Shown: positions 1 to 9,841, numbered from the stretch's first letter. The stretch: 51,668 nt of DNA from an uncultured Thermococci archaeon (GCA_964487115.1 CAZAPD010000016.1:1-51668); one strand, 5' to 3'. Program-made: numbers and translations. Notes: a model not told the origin generated them from the sequence alone.

Positions 1-7
1 TGTTGTT

Positions 8-85
8 TGGCGGGCCGGACGGGATTCGAACCCGCGACCACCGGGTTAAAAGCCCGGTGCTCTAACCAGGCTGAGCTACCGGCCC
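8..85 (-). tRNA. tRNA-Lys (anticodon UUU)
   Basis: Reverse complement GGGCCGGTAGCTCAGCCTGGTTAGAGCACCGGGCTTTTAACCCGGTGGTCGCGGGTTCGAATCCCGTCCGGCCCGCCA folds as a cloverleaf with encoded CCA; TATA-like CTTATAAAAA ~25 nt upstream (109-118). Confidence 0.97.
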
Positions 86-173
86 TCGCTTATCCCTAAG
101 CGGGGATGGTTTTATAAGCTTTACTGTTCAATCGAGGAGAAGACTTTTGGAAAAGTCCATAGTAGAAAATAGC

Positions 174-251
174 TGGCGCCCGGGTCGGGATTTGAACCCG
201 AGTCGCGGGAGTGACAGTCCCGCATGATGGGCCTGGCTACACCACCCGGGC
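174..251 (-). tRNA. tRNA-Asp (anticodon GUC)
   Basis: Reverse complement GCCCGGGTGGTGTAGCC...GCGGGACTGTCACTCCCGCG...GGTTCAAATCCCGACCCGGGCGCCA; cloverleaf, CCA end, directly downstream of 5S. Confidence 0.97.
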
Positions 252-258
252 ATTTGGG

Positions 259-384
259 TGGCCGGCGGCGTCCCCGGTTTCCCGCCCCCTCTCGGAGGGC
301 AGTACACCCGGGATCGCTGGCGGGCTTAACTTCCGGGGTCGAAACGAGACCGGGTGTGACCCCGCCGCTATGACCGCCGTACCG
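259..384 (-). rRNA. rrf: 5S rRNA
   Basis: Reverse complement GGTACGGCGGTCATAGCGGCGGGGTCACACCCGGTCTCGTTTCGACCCCGGAAGTTAAGCCCGCCAGCG... is the archaeal 5S pattern; linked to tRNA-Asp; TATA CTTTATAAA at ~406-414. Ends approximate. Confidence 0.96.
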
Positions 385-480
385 CTATTGACCTATTGGA
401 CTTAGTTTATAAAGATTACGGTTCAGAACAAAAAGGTTATAGCTTTCTATCTCTAATTTTCTTAATAAGAGGTGATAATC

Positions 481-1053
481 ATGGGGTTAATTGAGGACAA
501 AGCTCTGGTTGAGGCAGCTCTTTTTGTTTCAGGGAGACCCTTGAGTGTTAAAGAACTATCAAGAGCCTTGGGAATAAAATCTCAAGATTATCTGGAGAAA
601 CTGATAGAATTAATAGCTGCAGAATATGCTGAAAGAAAAAGTGCGATTGAGGTTGTTAGAGTTCTTGGAGATAAATATGTTATGCAAGTCAGGCAGGAGT
701 ATTCTCAGAGGGTTATACATCTGATGCCCCGGCCGGATTTAAGAACAGGTGAGCTGAAAACTCTTGCATTGATTGCTTATCTCCAGCCGATAGAACAGAG
801 CAAGCTCGTAAAACTCAGGGGAAGCCAGACATACGAACATGTGAGAAAGCTTCTTGATATGGGGCTCATCTATGCGGAGCCCTATGAAAGGACTAAACTC
901 TTAGGAACAACTCCAAAATTTGCCGAACTCTATGGATTCCCTGAAAACGACCCGTTCATAATAAAGGAAGCCTTTAAGAAGGTGGTTCATGCGGAGTATG
1001 CCGATTTAATTGAAAAACTTGAGAAAGGTGGAACGGTCTCAGAGACCGAATAG
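481..1053 (+). CDS. scpB: SMC-Scp complex subunit ScpB
   Basis: EAALFVSGRPLS, LKTLALIAYLQPI, LLGTTPKFAELYG motifs; RBS GAGGTGA before ATG 481. Confidence 0.93.
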   Translation: MGLIEDKALVEAALFVSGRPLSVKELSRALGIKSQDYLEKLIELIAAEYAERKSAIEVVRVLGDKYVMQVRQEYSQRVIHLMPRPDLRTGELKTLALIAYLQPIEQSKLVKLRGSQTYEHVRKLLDMGLIYAEPYERTKLLGTTPKFAELYGFPENDPFIIKEAFKKVVHAEYADLIEKLEKGGTVSETE

Positions 1054-1180
1054 TAATCGGTGTCCCCTCCAGTAACCTTATTTCGTAGGATGAAAGATGT
1101 TCCTCCCTATTCTCTTTGATATCAGGCATTAAAGAAAAGTTTAAAAACCTCGAAATGAATTACTATTTAGGTGAGTGTAT

Positions 1181-2248
1181 ATGGCTGTGCTTACTAAAGA
1201 GCGAATAGTCGAAAGAATAAGAAAGGAAACAAGTATGAGTTTGACTGAAATTGAAGAGAGAATAAAAGAGCTCAGTAAAAGACATGGGATTTCTGATCAC
1301 GCTGCAGCGGCAATGTTGGCTGATGAACTTGGGGTTAGCCTTGAGGAAGCTCCCTCGCTTATGCATATCTCTGATCTGATTCCGGGGATGAGAGGCATTA
1401 ACATAGTTGGAAGAATCCTCCGCAAGTATCCTCTCAGAGAGTACCAGAAAAGGGATGGTAGCAGGGGACAGGTGGCAAGTCTTCTTATATATGACAGCAC
1501 GGGAAAAGCCAGAATTGTTCTCTGGGATGCTCAGGCCACCAAATACTATGGTGAGCTCAAGGTTGGAGATGTGATTAAGGTTATAGATGCGACTGTAAGG
1601 GAAGGTCGCACCGAACTGCCGGAACTTCATGTTAATTTTAGGAGCAGGATAATAGTGAATCCTGAAGATCCAAGAGTTGAGGAAATCCCTCCAATTGACT
1701 CGGTGCGCACATATAACTATCAGAGGATTAGGATAGCTGATCTGATGGGTGGAGAACGTTTTGTTGAGGTTAGAGGCACCATAGCAAAATTATATCGCGT
1801 TACAGTTTATGATGCCTGCCCGCAGTGCAGAAAGAAAGTTGATTATGATGTCGCAACTGATTCATGGATTTGTGTGGAGCATGGGACTGTCGACCCGATA
1901 AAGATTACGATAGTCGATTTTGGAATAGATGACTCAAGTGGATACATAAGGGTTACCCTCTTTGGGGATGATGCTGCTGAGTTTATCGGACGAGATCCAG
2001 AAGAAATCTCCGAAAAGTTGAAGGAGTTTGTTGAGGAGGGGCTTACGATTAAAGAGGCCGGTAGGAAGTTAGCCGATGAGGAGTTCTATCATCTTCTCGG
2101 CAGAGAAGTTGTGGTGAGGGGAAATGTTGTTGATGATAAGTTCCTCGGCCTGATACTTAAGGCATCTTCATGGGATGAAATTGATTACAGAAGAGAGCTT
2201 TCCAGAGTAAAAAAGGAGCTTCAGGCGGTTCTTAAGGGGGTAGAGTAA
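1181..2248 (+). CDS. Replication protein A large subunit (RPA41)
   Basis: OB folds (IYDSTGKARIVLWD, IDDSSGYIRVTLFG) and Zn finger CPQC...CVEH; first gene of a three-gene RPA operon. Confidence 0.92.
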   Translation: MAVLTKERIVERIRKETSMSLTEIEERIKELSKRHGISDHAAAAMLADELGVSLEEAPSLMHISDLIPGMRGINIVGRILRKYPLREYQKRDGSRGQVASLLIYDSTGKARIVLWDAQATKYYGELKVGDVIKVIDATVREGRTELPELHVNFRSRIIVNPEDPRVEEIPPIDSVRTYNYQRIRIADLMGGERFVEVRGTIAKLYRVTVYDACPQCRKKVDYDVATDSWICVEHGTVDPIKITIVDFGIDDSSGYIRVTLFGDDAAEFIGRDPEEISEKLKEFVEEGLTIKEAGRKLADEEFYHLLGREVVVRGNVVDDKFLGLILKASSWDEIDYRRELSRVKKELQAVLKGVE

Positions 2249-2249
2249 A

Positions 2250-2615
2250 ATGGAAGAGGTTAGGTTCAGGCGTAGAAAGCCGGCTTTAGAAAGGAAAATT
2301 GAGGAGATTGGTGAGGGAGATACGAGAGTTGCTCTCATAGGCAAAGTTATCAAGGTGGATAAGCTGGATTATCTCTTCTGGCTTGACGATGGAACAGGAG
2401 TCGCAATAATCGAGAGTGAGGAAAATGTTCTCCCTGAGATTGGTCAGGTGGTCAGGGTAGTTGGGAGGATAATCAGAAATGAAGAAATGCACATCTATGC
2501 AGAAGCCATTCAAGACTTCAGTGATGCTGACTTGGAGGCTCTGGGGGAGATTCAGGAACTTGAGAAAAAAGTTCTTCCCAAACTTGAAAACGCTCTTGTG
2601 TGGTGGTCAGAATGA
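2250..2615 (+). CDS. Replication protein A small subunit (RPA14)
   Basis: Single OB fold (LDDGTGVA), between RPA41 and RPA32. Confidence 0.88.
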   Translation: MEEVRFRRRKPALERKIEEIGEGDTRVALIGKVIKVDKLDYLFWLDDGTGVAIIESEENVLPEIGQVVRVVGRIIRNEEMHIYAEAIQDFSDADLEALGEIQELEKKVLPKLENALVWWSE

Positions 2616-3421
2616 AGAAACGATTGCCTGCTACCCGTGTTTATCTTAAGGACATCATTGAAGGGTATTACGTTAGAAGTGAAGGGGATTTTGAGCCCAA
2701 CTATCTCATCACAAAAGATGCTCGTAAAATTTACCGTGTCAAGGTCGTTGCGACAATCGTAAGGGAGCCGGTAATAAGCGAAGATGAAACCTATGGCAAG
2801 TTTCAAATTGATGATGGGACAGGAACTATATGGGTTCTGGGATTCAGGGATGATACGAGGTTCATACGTCTCGTCAGAAAGGGAGATCTGGTCCAGATTA
2901 TAGGGAAAGTTGCTGAATGGCGCGATGACAAGCAGATACTTGTTGAAGGGGTCACAAAGGTGCATCCGAACATGTGGATACTCCACCGCTTCGAGACGCT
3001 TAAGGAGAAGGTTGAGCATGTAAAAAAGGTCAGAATAGCCTTTGAAATTTATGATACCTATGGCATTACCGCTAAGGCTAAAGTTATTGCCAAAAACAAG
3101 GGCATCAGCGAGGACATGCTCCAGACGATTGATGAGCTATATACTATACTGCTTGAACAGAGGAGTCAGGAGTTCATTGAGGAAGCCCCTGAAGAGACAT
3201 TCATAGAAGAGGAAAAAGAGGCTCCTCCTGAACTCATAGAGGCTAAAAAGGCTGTTCTTGAAATATTAAGGGCTAAGGACAAACCTATATCAGGGAAATT
3301 CATCGAAAGGAAGCTGAAGGAAAAGTTCAATCCTGAGATCATTGATGAAGCTATAAAGGAGTTGCTGGCTGAAGGAGAGATCTATGAGCCTGAAATTGGA
3401 TTTTACAGAGTTCTTGAGTGA
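2612..3421 (+). CDS. Replication protein A subunit RPA32
   Basis: OB fold (IDDGTGTIWV) plus C-terminal winged helix (GEIYEPEIGFY); ATGA overlap with RPA14 stop. Confidence 0.92.
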   Translation: MKKRLPATRVYLKDIIEGYYVRSEGDFEPNYLITKDARKIYRVKVVATIVREPVISEDETYGKFQIDDGTGTIWVLGFRDDTRFIRLVRKGDLVQIIGKVAEWRDDKQILVEGVTKVHPNMWILHRFETLKEKVEHVKKVRIAFEIYDTYGITAKAKVIAKNKGISEDMLQTIDELYTILLEQRSQEFIEEAPEETFIEEEKEAPPELIEAKKAVLEILRAKDKPISGKFIERKLKEKFNPEIIDEAIKELLAEGEIYEPEIGFYRVLE

Positions 3422-3474
3422 TTATTTTGTTTTTGTTTATCTGTCCTCTTTTTCGGTTAAGATTAATCCAAAAC

Positions 3475-3855
3475 TCAATACTGTTCCCGCATTGTTCTTA
3501 TTACCGGATCGTGGATTAGGGTCGAGGTTATACTATCCACCATTTTGAAGAATTCTTCTTTACCCTTTGTGAGATCAAGATTCTCAATTCCTATCAGCTT
3601 ACATTCCCTTCCAAGTATCCATTTTCCGAGGATTATCTTTTCTCTCCCGTCTTTCTCGGCATCTACCCTCACAAGCCCGTAGGGTATATCTGCTGTCCAC
3701 CAGTTGGCTTTGAAAGTTACTTTCCATCCAGCGTTTTCGATTACTCTGACGAGCATGTCAAGGGTTACACCGGGCCCATATGGAGTTTTGAAAGTTATTA
3801 CGGTCCAAAGTTCTTCGGTTTCAAGGTTTTCAACAATATCATTCTCAAAGTTCAT
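3475..3855 (-). CDS. Conserved hypothetical protein
   Basis: 126-aa ORF with RBS GGAGGTGA, coupled to the upstream gene; no motif recognised. Confidence 0.75.
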   Translation of the reverse strand: MNFENDIVENLETEELWTVITFKTPYGPGVTLDMLVRVIENAGWKVTFKANWWTADIPYGLVRVDAEKDGREKIILGKWILGRECKLIGIENLDLTKGKEEFFKMVDSITSTLIHDPVIRTMREQY

Positions 3856-3859
3856 TTTT

Positions 3860-4693
3860 TCACCTCCACAGCGATGCTATCAGGAAAGTAAATACAGCAA
3901 GGAATATGGAAATTTTAAGCATTTTTTGAGTTTTAGCGGCTGTTTTAGGCGATGGGTTTCTTATGATCAAATATCCAGCCCATAGGATTAAACCATCTAC
4001 AATTACCATGGGAGCATATCCTGCTCCTATCCCTGCTCTCACTGGCAGGAAAGATGCTAAAACTGTGAGTACTGCAAAAATAACCGCCAGATAGGCTGCT
4101 CTCTTGAGACCCCAGATTATTGGCAGGGTTTTCGCACCTTTGATCCTATCACCCTCTATATCCTCAATATCCTTCATAATCTCCCTTGAAACATTTACGA
4201 GAAATGCACATATCGCTAGATAACCGGCAAGACCAAGTTTTCCAACTCCTGCGGCTCCATAGAGTGGGGTTGCACCGGTTAATGCTGCAACTGTGAGGTT
4301 TCCCACAAAAGGCATCGGTTTGAGCTTCCAGGCATAGATAAGCATAGTTATATAGGCAATTATAGCCAGAATAAACGCCCACATATTTATCATGTATGCG
4401 AGAATGAGCCCAAATGTTAGAAGGGATACAGAGTATAAAAAAGCTGTTTTTCTGCTCATGGCTCCTCTGGGAAGAGGTCTTTCGGGTCTGTTTATTTTAT
4501 CTATCTCATAGTCAAAATAATCATTTATAGTATTCCCTCCGGCACAGCCGAGGGTAACTACCATAAATATGAGCAAGGCTGTTTTTACTTCGGGAATATG
4601 GCCTAATGCAACAACTGAACCCAACACACCCACTATTCCAGCCAAAATACAATTATGTGGTCTTGTTATCTCAATGAAGGCCTTTAGCTCCAT
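3860..4693 (-). CDS. Digeranylgeranylglyceryl phosphate synthase (UbiA family)
   Basis: NDYFDYEIDKINRPERPLPRG and REIMKDIEDIEGD aspartate-rich motifs; multi-TM. Confidence 0.92.
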   Translation of the reverse strand: MELKAFIEITRPHNCILAGIVGVLGSVVALGHIPEVKTALLIFMVVTLGCAGGNTINDYFDYEIDKINRPERPLPRGAMSRKTAFLYSVSLLTFGLILAYMINMWAFILAIIAYITMLIYAWKLKPMPFVGNLTVAALTGATPLYGAAGVGKLGLAGYLAICAFLVNVSREIMKDIEDIEGDRIKGAKTLPIIWGLKRAAYLAVIFAVLTVLASFLPVRAGIGAGYAPMVIVDGLILWAGYLIIRNPSPKTAAKTQKMLKISIFLAVFTFLIASLWR

Positions 4694-4706
4694 TAGGAAC
4701 ACCTAA
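4693..4706. promoter_or_regulatory. DtxR-like palindrome TTAGG-AACA-CCTAA over the RBS/start of DGGGP synthase
   Basis: Perfect 5-4-5 inverted repeat with the same geometry as the dtxR-proximal box. Confidence 0.35.
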
Positions 4707-4737
4707 CCCCATTAGGACAGGAAGTTAAAAAACTTTC

Positions 4738-5793
4738 CTAAAGTGCTTCCCGATTCAGGAGTCCCAGTTCCTCTCCATCCTCTCTAACCCTGATTCTCCC
4801 GAATCTTACCTCAACGGCTTTTTTAAGCTCTTCCTGTCTTAGAGGGGTTAAGATCTCCACTTTTTTCTCTTTGAAGTTTATAAGCTTCAGTATTCCGAGA
4901 CCAAGGCAGAAACCTTCTCTGTCCATGAAGCCAACAAGCAGGTTGCTGAGCCATTCGAAGTCTATGCAGTGAACCTGATCCATTCTTCCGAAGCCACTTC
5001 CAGCCTTAACAACAGTGTATCTTCTGTTTTTCCACCCTGCAAATATGAGCCATCCGTGGAGTCTTTCAAGGAGTTCCTTCTCTTCGGAGGTTATTTCTTT
5101 TCCATGAAACATCTCAGTTCCGCTAATCTCGTATTCAGAGAGGTTAATTGTATAACTCCGTGCATTCTGGAAATACGTTTTCCATTTTTCTTTTCTTATG
5201 CTCCTCCTCTCACTCCTGCTGTGTTCAAGAGCTTTTTCACTCACTTTCAGACTTATGATTTTCGAAAATCTTCTAAGACTTTTTATAAGCTCCGCTAACT
5301 CATTTTCTCTCTGAAGAGAAATTATTAAATCTGGCTTTACGAGTTCAACCTTTAGTCTTTTCAAATCTCTCCCTGCATTTTCGACATAGCCTGTAGTGTC
5401 TATTATTATAAAATCCGCCAGCCTTTCGCCGAGTTCAGCAAGTCTTCTGACTCCTGTAACGACTTCACCAAAATGTGAGTTGGGTGTAATACTACCTATG
5501 AAGTAGTGTTTTAATGCTCTAAGCTCACTGGGCGAGTGAAAAGGAGCATTGGCTAAAGCCAGACTTACCGTTGCGGGAGGAAGAATACTCTTCTGACCTA
5601 TGTCACTATCCAACAATGCCACTCTGAAGCCCTTAGAGATAAGTTTGTTAGCTAAAAATGTCACAAGGGTGGTTTTTCCGCTGTCAGTTCCTCCAATAAC
5701 CATTATCTTTGCTGGTCTGTTTAATTTTTCTACAACTTCAATAACCCTTTCTCTGTCCTCTGGTACATCCTCAGTGTATTTTGCTTTGTTCAT
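4738..5793 (-). CDS. clp1: Clp1-family polynucleotide 5'-hydroxyl kinase
   Basis: P-loop GGTDSGKTT, DSDIGQ and IIDTTG motifs; lid RSERRSIR. Confidence 0.88.
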   Translation of the reverse strand: MNKAKYTEDVPEDRERVIEVVEKLNRPAKIMVIGGTDSGKTTLVTFLANKLISKGFRVALLDSDIGQKSILPPATVSLALANAPFHSPSELRALKHYFIGSITPNSHFGEVVTGVRRLAELGERLADFIIIDTTGYVENAGRDLKRLKVELVKPDLIISLQRENELAELIKSLRRFSKIISLKVSEKALEHSRSERRSIRKEKWKTYFQNARSYTINLSEYEISGTEMFHGKEITSEEKELLERLHGWLIFAGWKNRRYTVVKAGSGFGRMDQVHCIDFEWLSNLLVGFMDREGFCLGLGILKLINFKEKKVEILTPLRQEELKKAVEVRFGRIRVREDGEELGLLNREAL

Positions 5794-5955
5794 CAGATTG
5801 TATTATTCCCAAGAAATTAAAAAATTAACTTGGGAAAGGTTTATAAAACTAAAAGAATTGCTACATTTTGATGTTCCAATTTCCTTTAAAAAATTCAGAA
5901 TCCATATTGAACTGTGTCAAATGAGTTTTTGAATAACAGAGGAGGGGGTTGAAAT

Positions 5956-6420
5956 ATGAACGGAAGAACATCACTTACAAATAGACAGATAGAACTCCTG
6001 AGAAAGCTCTACAAAGAAGGAAAGACTATTGAGGTCCACACCGTTGAAAAAACTCAAGATGAGCTTGCCGATGAACTTGGAATAACCAGGCAGGCTCTAA
6101 GCAACCATCTTAAAGTCCTTAAGGAGTTTGGCTATATTAGGACTGGTAGGGGTTTTATTGATTTAACGGATAAAGCTCTCGAACTTCTTGGTGAAAAGAA
6201 AGGGGATGTTTTTGTATTTGTCAGGATTGAACCTACAAAAAGGAAGCATGTTTATGAGGCAATAAAGAAATTGAAGGTTAAAAGGGTTTATAGAGTCACA
6301 GGTGATATCGACCTCATAGTCGAGGCTGATAAGACGAGGCTCGATGAGATTCTCGAGGAAATAGCCTCACTTGAGGGAGTTAGAGAAACTATCACCCATG
6401 TTGTCCTCGAGGTTCTCTGA
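5956..6420 (+). CDS. Lrp/AsnC-family transcriptional regulator
   Basis: HTH (TQDELADELGITRQALSNHL) plus C-terminal RAM domain (YRVTGDIDLIV). Confidence 0.88.
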   Translation: MNGRTSLTNRQIELLRKLYKEGKTIEVHTVEKTQDELADELGITRQALSNHLKVLKEFGYIRTGRGFIDLTDKALELLGEKKGDVFVFVRIEPTKRKHVYEAIKKLKVKRVYRVTGDIDLIVEADKTRLDEILEEIASLEGVRETITHVVLEVL

Positions 6421-6964
6421 GCCTCTTCTCTATAACCTTTTTGAGTTCATCAATGTTTGTTCCGAACTTTGCTGATATGGGGATAAAAATATCTCTATGG
6501 TCGCTCCAGCTCCCATTCAGGCCAAACTTTTCTATGAGTTTGTTTATTGTGATCTCAACGTTCTTCATTTTATCCAGCTTGTTGACTGCCACGATTGTGG
6601 GTATCTCTAATTCTTGGAGAAACTGGAAAAATTCCACATCAATGGGGATCTCTCCTCTTTTCTCCCATCTTTCTATTATTTCAAGGACACTCTTCCCGTC
6701 AATTACGAGAATTGCAAGCTCTATATCGTTTGCATTCTTTTCTATAAACTGGATTGTTTCTGTTTTTATCCTTTCTTGGACTTTTTTTGGAACTCCACTC
6801 ATGAATCCAAACCCTGGCATGTCGATTATTCTTTTGTTTCTCCACTTGATCTCAATCGGTTTTCTTGTAACTCCCGGTCTTTTTCCTATCTTCACCTCTT
6901 TTCCGGTGAGCTGGTATATAATGGTGCTCTTGCCAACGTTTGATCTCCCTACAAAAATTATCAT
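6392..6964 (-). CDS. engB: GTP-binding protein EngB/YsxC
   Basis: GRSNVGKS, GVT, DMPGFG, NKLD and SAK G-motifs. Confidence 0.92.
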   Translation of the reverse strand: MIIFVGRSNVGKSTIIYQLTGKEVKIGKRPGVTRKPIEIKWRNKRIIDMPGFGFMSGVPKKVQERIKTETIQFIEKNANDIELAILVIDGKSVLEIIERWEKRGEIPIDVEFFQFLQELEIPTIVAVNKLDKMKNVEITINKLIEKFGLNGSWSDHRDIFIPISAKFGTNIDELKKVIEKRLREPRGQHG

Positions 6965-7088
6965 TTCTTTCCCCACAACTTCAGAAATTTTTCTCTTTAT
7001 AAGGTTTAAGAGTCAGGGATAATAAAAATAAAGACCTAAGACCAAAAAGACTTAAGTATTGGGATGCCTATTATTTTTGGTGGTGTTT

Positions 7089-7757
7089 ATGGATGAGACT
7101 GCTCAGAAGGCAAGGGCGAATCAACTCATAAATAAGTTTGTTATCTCCCTGACTGATGGAAGAATTCTTGGTTATGTGACGGACATCAATGTTGAGGTTG
7201 AGGAGGATCAATTCTACTTTATACTGAAGATGCGCATTTTGGAAAATCTCAGCAAAGGAGGCGAATTCCATCAGGGCATGTTCTCAAATGAGAGGAAGCT
7301 GAGGATAAAGCCAAGTGATATAGTGAATGTGGGTCCAGATGTAATAATTCTTGGAGAGGGAAAGGTTCCACCTCTGAAGGAAATTGAGAGGCTTCATGCC
7401 ATAGCGGAGGAATACAACACCCTTGTCAGGGAGATTGAAGCCAAGGAGAAGATGATTAAAGACCTGAAAGATGAAAACTACAGGCTCACCAGACAGATTG
7501 ATGAGCTAAGCAGGGAACTTAGAAAGCTTCAAGTGATGAAAGAGGACTTCGAACACCTAAAGGAGCAGCTTATAAAACAGGAAGGGCAACTTGAAATGGC
7601 CAGAGAATACATCAAGCTCCTTGAAGGGTTGAGACATGATATCGATGTCATAAAGGAGGATGTTGAAAACCTCACTAAAGGATATCTTGAAGAGGTAGTG
7701 AGAGCTATCATAAACGAGGAACTAAATGCGAGAGGACTGAAGAAGACTTTCCTTTAA
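7089..7757 (+). CDS. PRC-barrel plus coiled-coil protein
   Basis: N-terminal PRC signature (LINKFVISLTDGRILGYVTDI...IVNVGPDVIIL) followed by ~110 aa of heptad-rich helix. Confidence 0.75.
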   Translation: MDETAQKARANQLINKFVISLTDGRILGYVTDINVEVEEDQFYFILKMRILENLSKGGEFHQGMFSNERKLRIKPSDIVNVGPDVIILGEGKVPPLKEIERLHAIAEEYNTLVREIEAKEKMIKDLKDENYRLTRQIDELSRELRKLQVMKEDFEHLKEQLIKQEGQLEMAREYIKLLEGLRHDIDVIKEDVENLTKGYLEEVVRAIINEELNARGLKKTFL

Positions 7758-7924
7758 CCGAATATCGAAGCTCCAAATACATTTAGGAGTATTTCAATTG
7801 CAACGAAAATCAGCACCAGTGCTATCGCCCCTTTGGGGCTTATCTTTATAGCTCTCGTGTCTTCATCAAAAAATCTCATTAAACCAGCGCCTGTTGGTGG
7901 AAGCGTCGTCTTTTCCCTTGCCAT
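7754..7924 (-). CDS. secG: Preprotein translocase subunit Sec61beta (SecG)
   Basis: Not in ORF track; reads MAREKTTLPPTGAGLMRFFDEDTRAIKISPKGAIALVLIFVAIEILLNVFGASIFG with the AGLMRFFDED signature and one C-terminal TM; RBS AGGTGA. Confidence 0.93.
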   Translation of the reverse strand: MAREKTTLPPTGAGLMRFFDEDTRAIKISPKGAIALVLIFVAIEILLNVFGASIFG

Positions 7925-8096
7925 GTTATCACCTAATTTTAGCTTTTGTTTGGGAGTTATAAAAGTTTTGGATATACCATGCTATTAGGATTAAAAAGAA
8001 CACTTAATGCAAAAACTTTTAAATCCTCATCCTTATCAGAGTCGGGAAAGGGGTTACCCCAATGAATCCCGCTAATGACAGAGGAGGTGGGAGGAA

Positions 8097-8474
8097 ATGG
8101 CTACGTTTAAGCTTGTGATCTCCAATCCAAAGAGCGGAGTTGCAAGACAGATTGAGATAAGCGGTGAAGAGGCTGAGAAGCTCATAGGAAAGAGAATCGG
8201 TGAAGAAGTTCCGGCTAAGGAGCTTGGCTTGAATCTCTCCGAGATATTTGGAGAAGAACTTCCGGCTGATGCAAAGCTCAGAATAACCGGTGGGACTGAT
8301 AAAGACGGCTTTCCTATGAGGCCAGATGTTCACGGGCCAAGAAGGGTTAAAATTCTCGTCTCAAGAGGGCCTGGATTCAGGCCAAAAGAGAAGGGTGAGA
8401 GGAGGAAGAAAACCGTCCGTGGAAATACTATCAGTCCAGATATAACCCAGATAAATCTTAAAATAGTTCTCTGA
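8097..8474 (+). CDS. rps6e: 30S ribosomal protein eS6
   Basis: [17 protein letters not shown] and [14 protein letters not shown] motifs. Confidence 0.97.
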   Translation: MATFKLVISNPKSGVARQIEISGEEAEKLIGKRIGEEVPAKELGLNLSEIFGEELPADAKLRITGGTDKDGFPMRPDVHGPRRVKILVSRGPGFRPKEKGERRKKTVRGNTISPDITQINLKIVL

Positions 8475-8490
8475 GGGCTTTGCCCTCTTT
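8473..8490 (+). terminator. Short hairpin GAGGGC-TTT-GCCCTC plus T run after rps6e
   Basis: 6-bp GC stem at the stop codon followed by TTT; terminator or stabiliser role is inferred. Confidence 0.4.
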
Positions 8491-8611
8491 CAATAATGTT
8501 GATCCATGAATATCGTTTCTGGCTTTTCGAAGGCGAATTCTTCCGTACTTTCTGCCTCAGGGTAAAGCTTAATAAATGCTCCATCTCTCTAATCTTAGAG
8601 AGGTGAGAGTC

Positions 8612-9841
8612 ATGACAAAGAAAAAACTCGGACAGGCTGAGGTTAATATAGGTATGGTTGGTCACGTTGATCACGGTAAAACCACACTGACGAGAGCCCT
8701 AACAGGTATCTGGACTGATACCCACAGTGAGGAGCTTAGGAGGGGTATCACAATCAAGATAGGGTTTGCCGATGCGGAGATAAGAAAATGTCCGCAGTGC
8801 GGCAAGTACTCCAATTCTCCGGTTTGTCCCTACTGTGGAACAGAGACAAGGTTTGAGAGGAGAGTCTCTTTTATAGATGCTCCGGGACATGAAGCTTTAA
8901 TGACGACTATGTTAGCAGGGGCTGCTCTCATGGACGGTGCGATTCTGGTTATAGCTGCTAATGAAGGAGTAATGCCTCAAACGAGAGAACATCTTATGGC
9001 ACTTCAAATTGTGGGGAATAGAAACATCATCATAACCCTCAACAAAATTGAGCTCGTGAGCAAAGAAAAAGCCATTCAGAGGTATCATGAAATTAAGGAG
9101 TTTGTCAAGGGAACCGTGGCTGAGAATGCCCCGATAATTCCGATTTCAGCCCTTCACGGCTCTAATGTTGATATTCTTCTGGCCGCAATTGAGGAGTTCA
9201 TTCCGACTCCAAAGAGGGATGCAAGAAAAGCTCCAAAAATGCTTGTTCTGAGAAGTTTTGATGTTAACAAGCCAGGGACCTCTCCTGAGAAGCTCGTTGG
9301 GGGTGTTATTGGGGGTTCGATCATCCAAGGCAAACTCACTGTTGGAGAGGAGATAGAAATAAGACCCGGCGTGCCTTATGAAGAGCACGGCAGGATAAAA
9401 TATGAGCCGATTACAACTGAAATCGTTTCCCTTCAGGCAGGGGGGAGATTCGTTAATGAAGCGTATCCCGGCGGATTAGTTGGCGTTGGAACAAAGCTTG
9501 ACCCATTCCTCACAAAGGGGGATTTAATGGCAGGAAATGTAGTCGGCAGACCCGGGCACCTACCCCCTGTCTGGGGTGATCTTCGCCTTGAAGTCCACCT
9601 CCTTGAGAGAGTCGTTGGAACTGAAGAGGAGCTCAAGGTTGAGCCGATAAAAAGGAGGGAAGTTCTCCTGCTCAATGTTGGAACGGCGAGGACAATGGGG
9701 CTTGTAACTGGACTTGGAAAGGATGAGATAGAGTTAAAGCTTCAGCTTCCAATATGCGCCGAACCCGGGGACAGGGTTGCCATAAGCAGACAGGTTGGCT
9801 CAAGATGGCGTTTGATCGGGTATGGTTTCATTAAGGAGTGA
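8612..9841 (+). CDS. eif2g: Translation initiation factor aIF2 gamma subunit
   Basis: [17 protein letters not shown], Zn ribbon CPQC/CPYC, DAPGHE, NKIE; C-terminal RWRLIGYG. Confidence 0.97.
   Translation: MTKKKLGQAEVNIGMVGHVDHGKTTLTRALTGIWTDTHSEELRRGITIKIGFADAEIRKCPQCGKYSNSPVCPYCGTETRFERRVSFIDAPGHEALMTTMLAGAALMDGAILVIAANEGVMPQTREHLMALQIVGNRNIIITLNKIELVSKEKAIQRYHEIKEFVKGTVAENAPIIPISALHGSNVDILLAAIEEFIPTPKRDARKAPKMLVLRSFDVNKPGTSPEKLVGGVIGGSIIQGKLTVGEEIEIRPGVPYEEHGRIKYEPITTEIVSLQAGGRFVNEAYPGGLVGVGTKLDPFLTKGDLMAGNVVGRPGHLPPVWGDLRLEVHLLERVVGTEEELKVEPIKRREVLLLNVGTARTMGLVTGLGKDEIELKLQLPICAEPGDRVAISRQVGSRWRLIGYGFIKE

Noticed and set aside
211..405. 64-aa ORF on the plus strand
   Set aside because: Antisense to tRNA-Asp and 5S rRNA.
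5885..5933. Imperfect AT-rich inverted repeat upstream of the Lrp gene
   Set aside because: Low-complexity A/T arms with mismatches; not distinguishable from chance.
6441..7022. 193-aa plus-strand ORF
   Set aside because: Antisense shadow of engB with no motifs.
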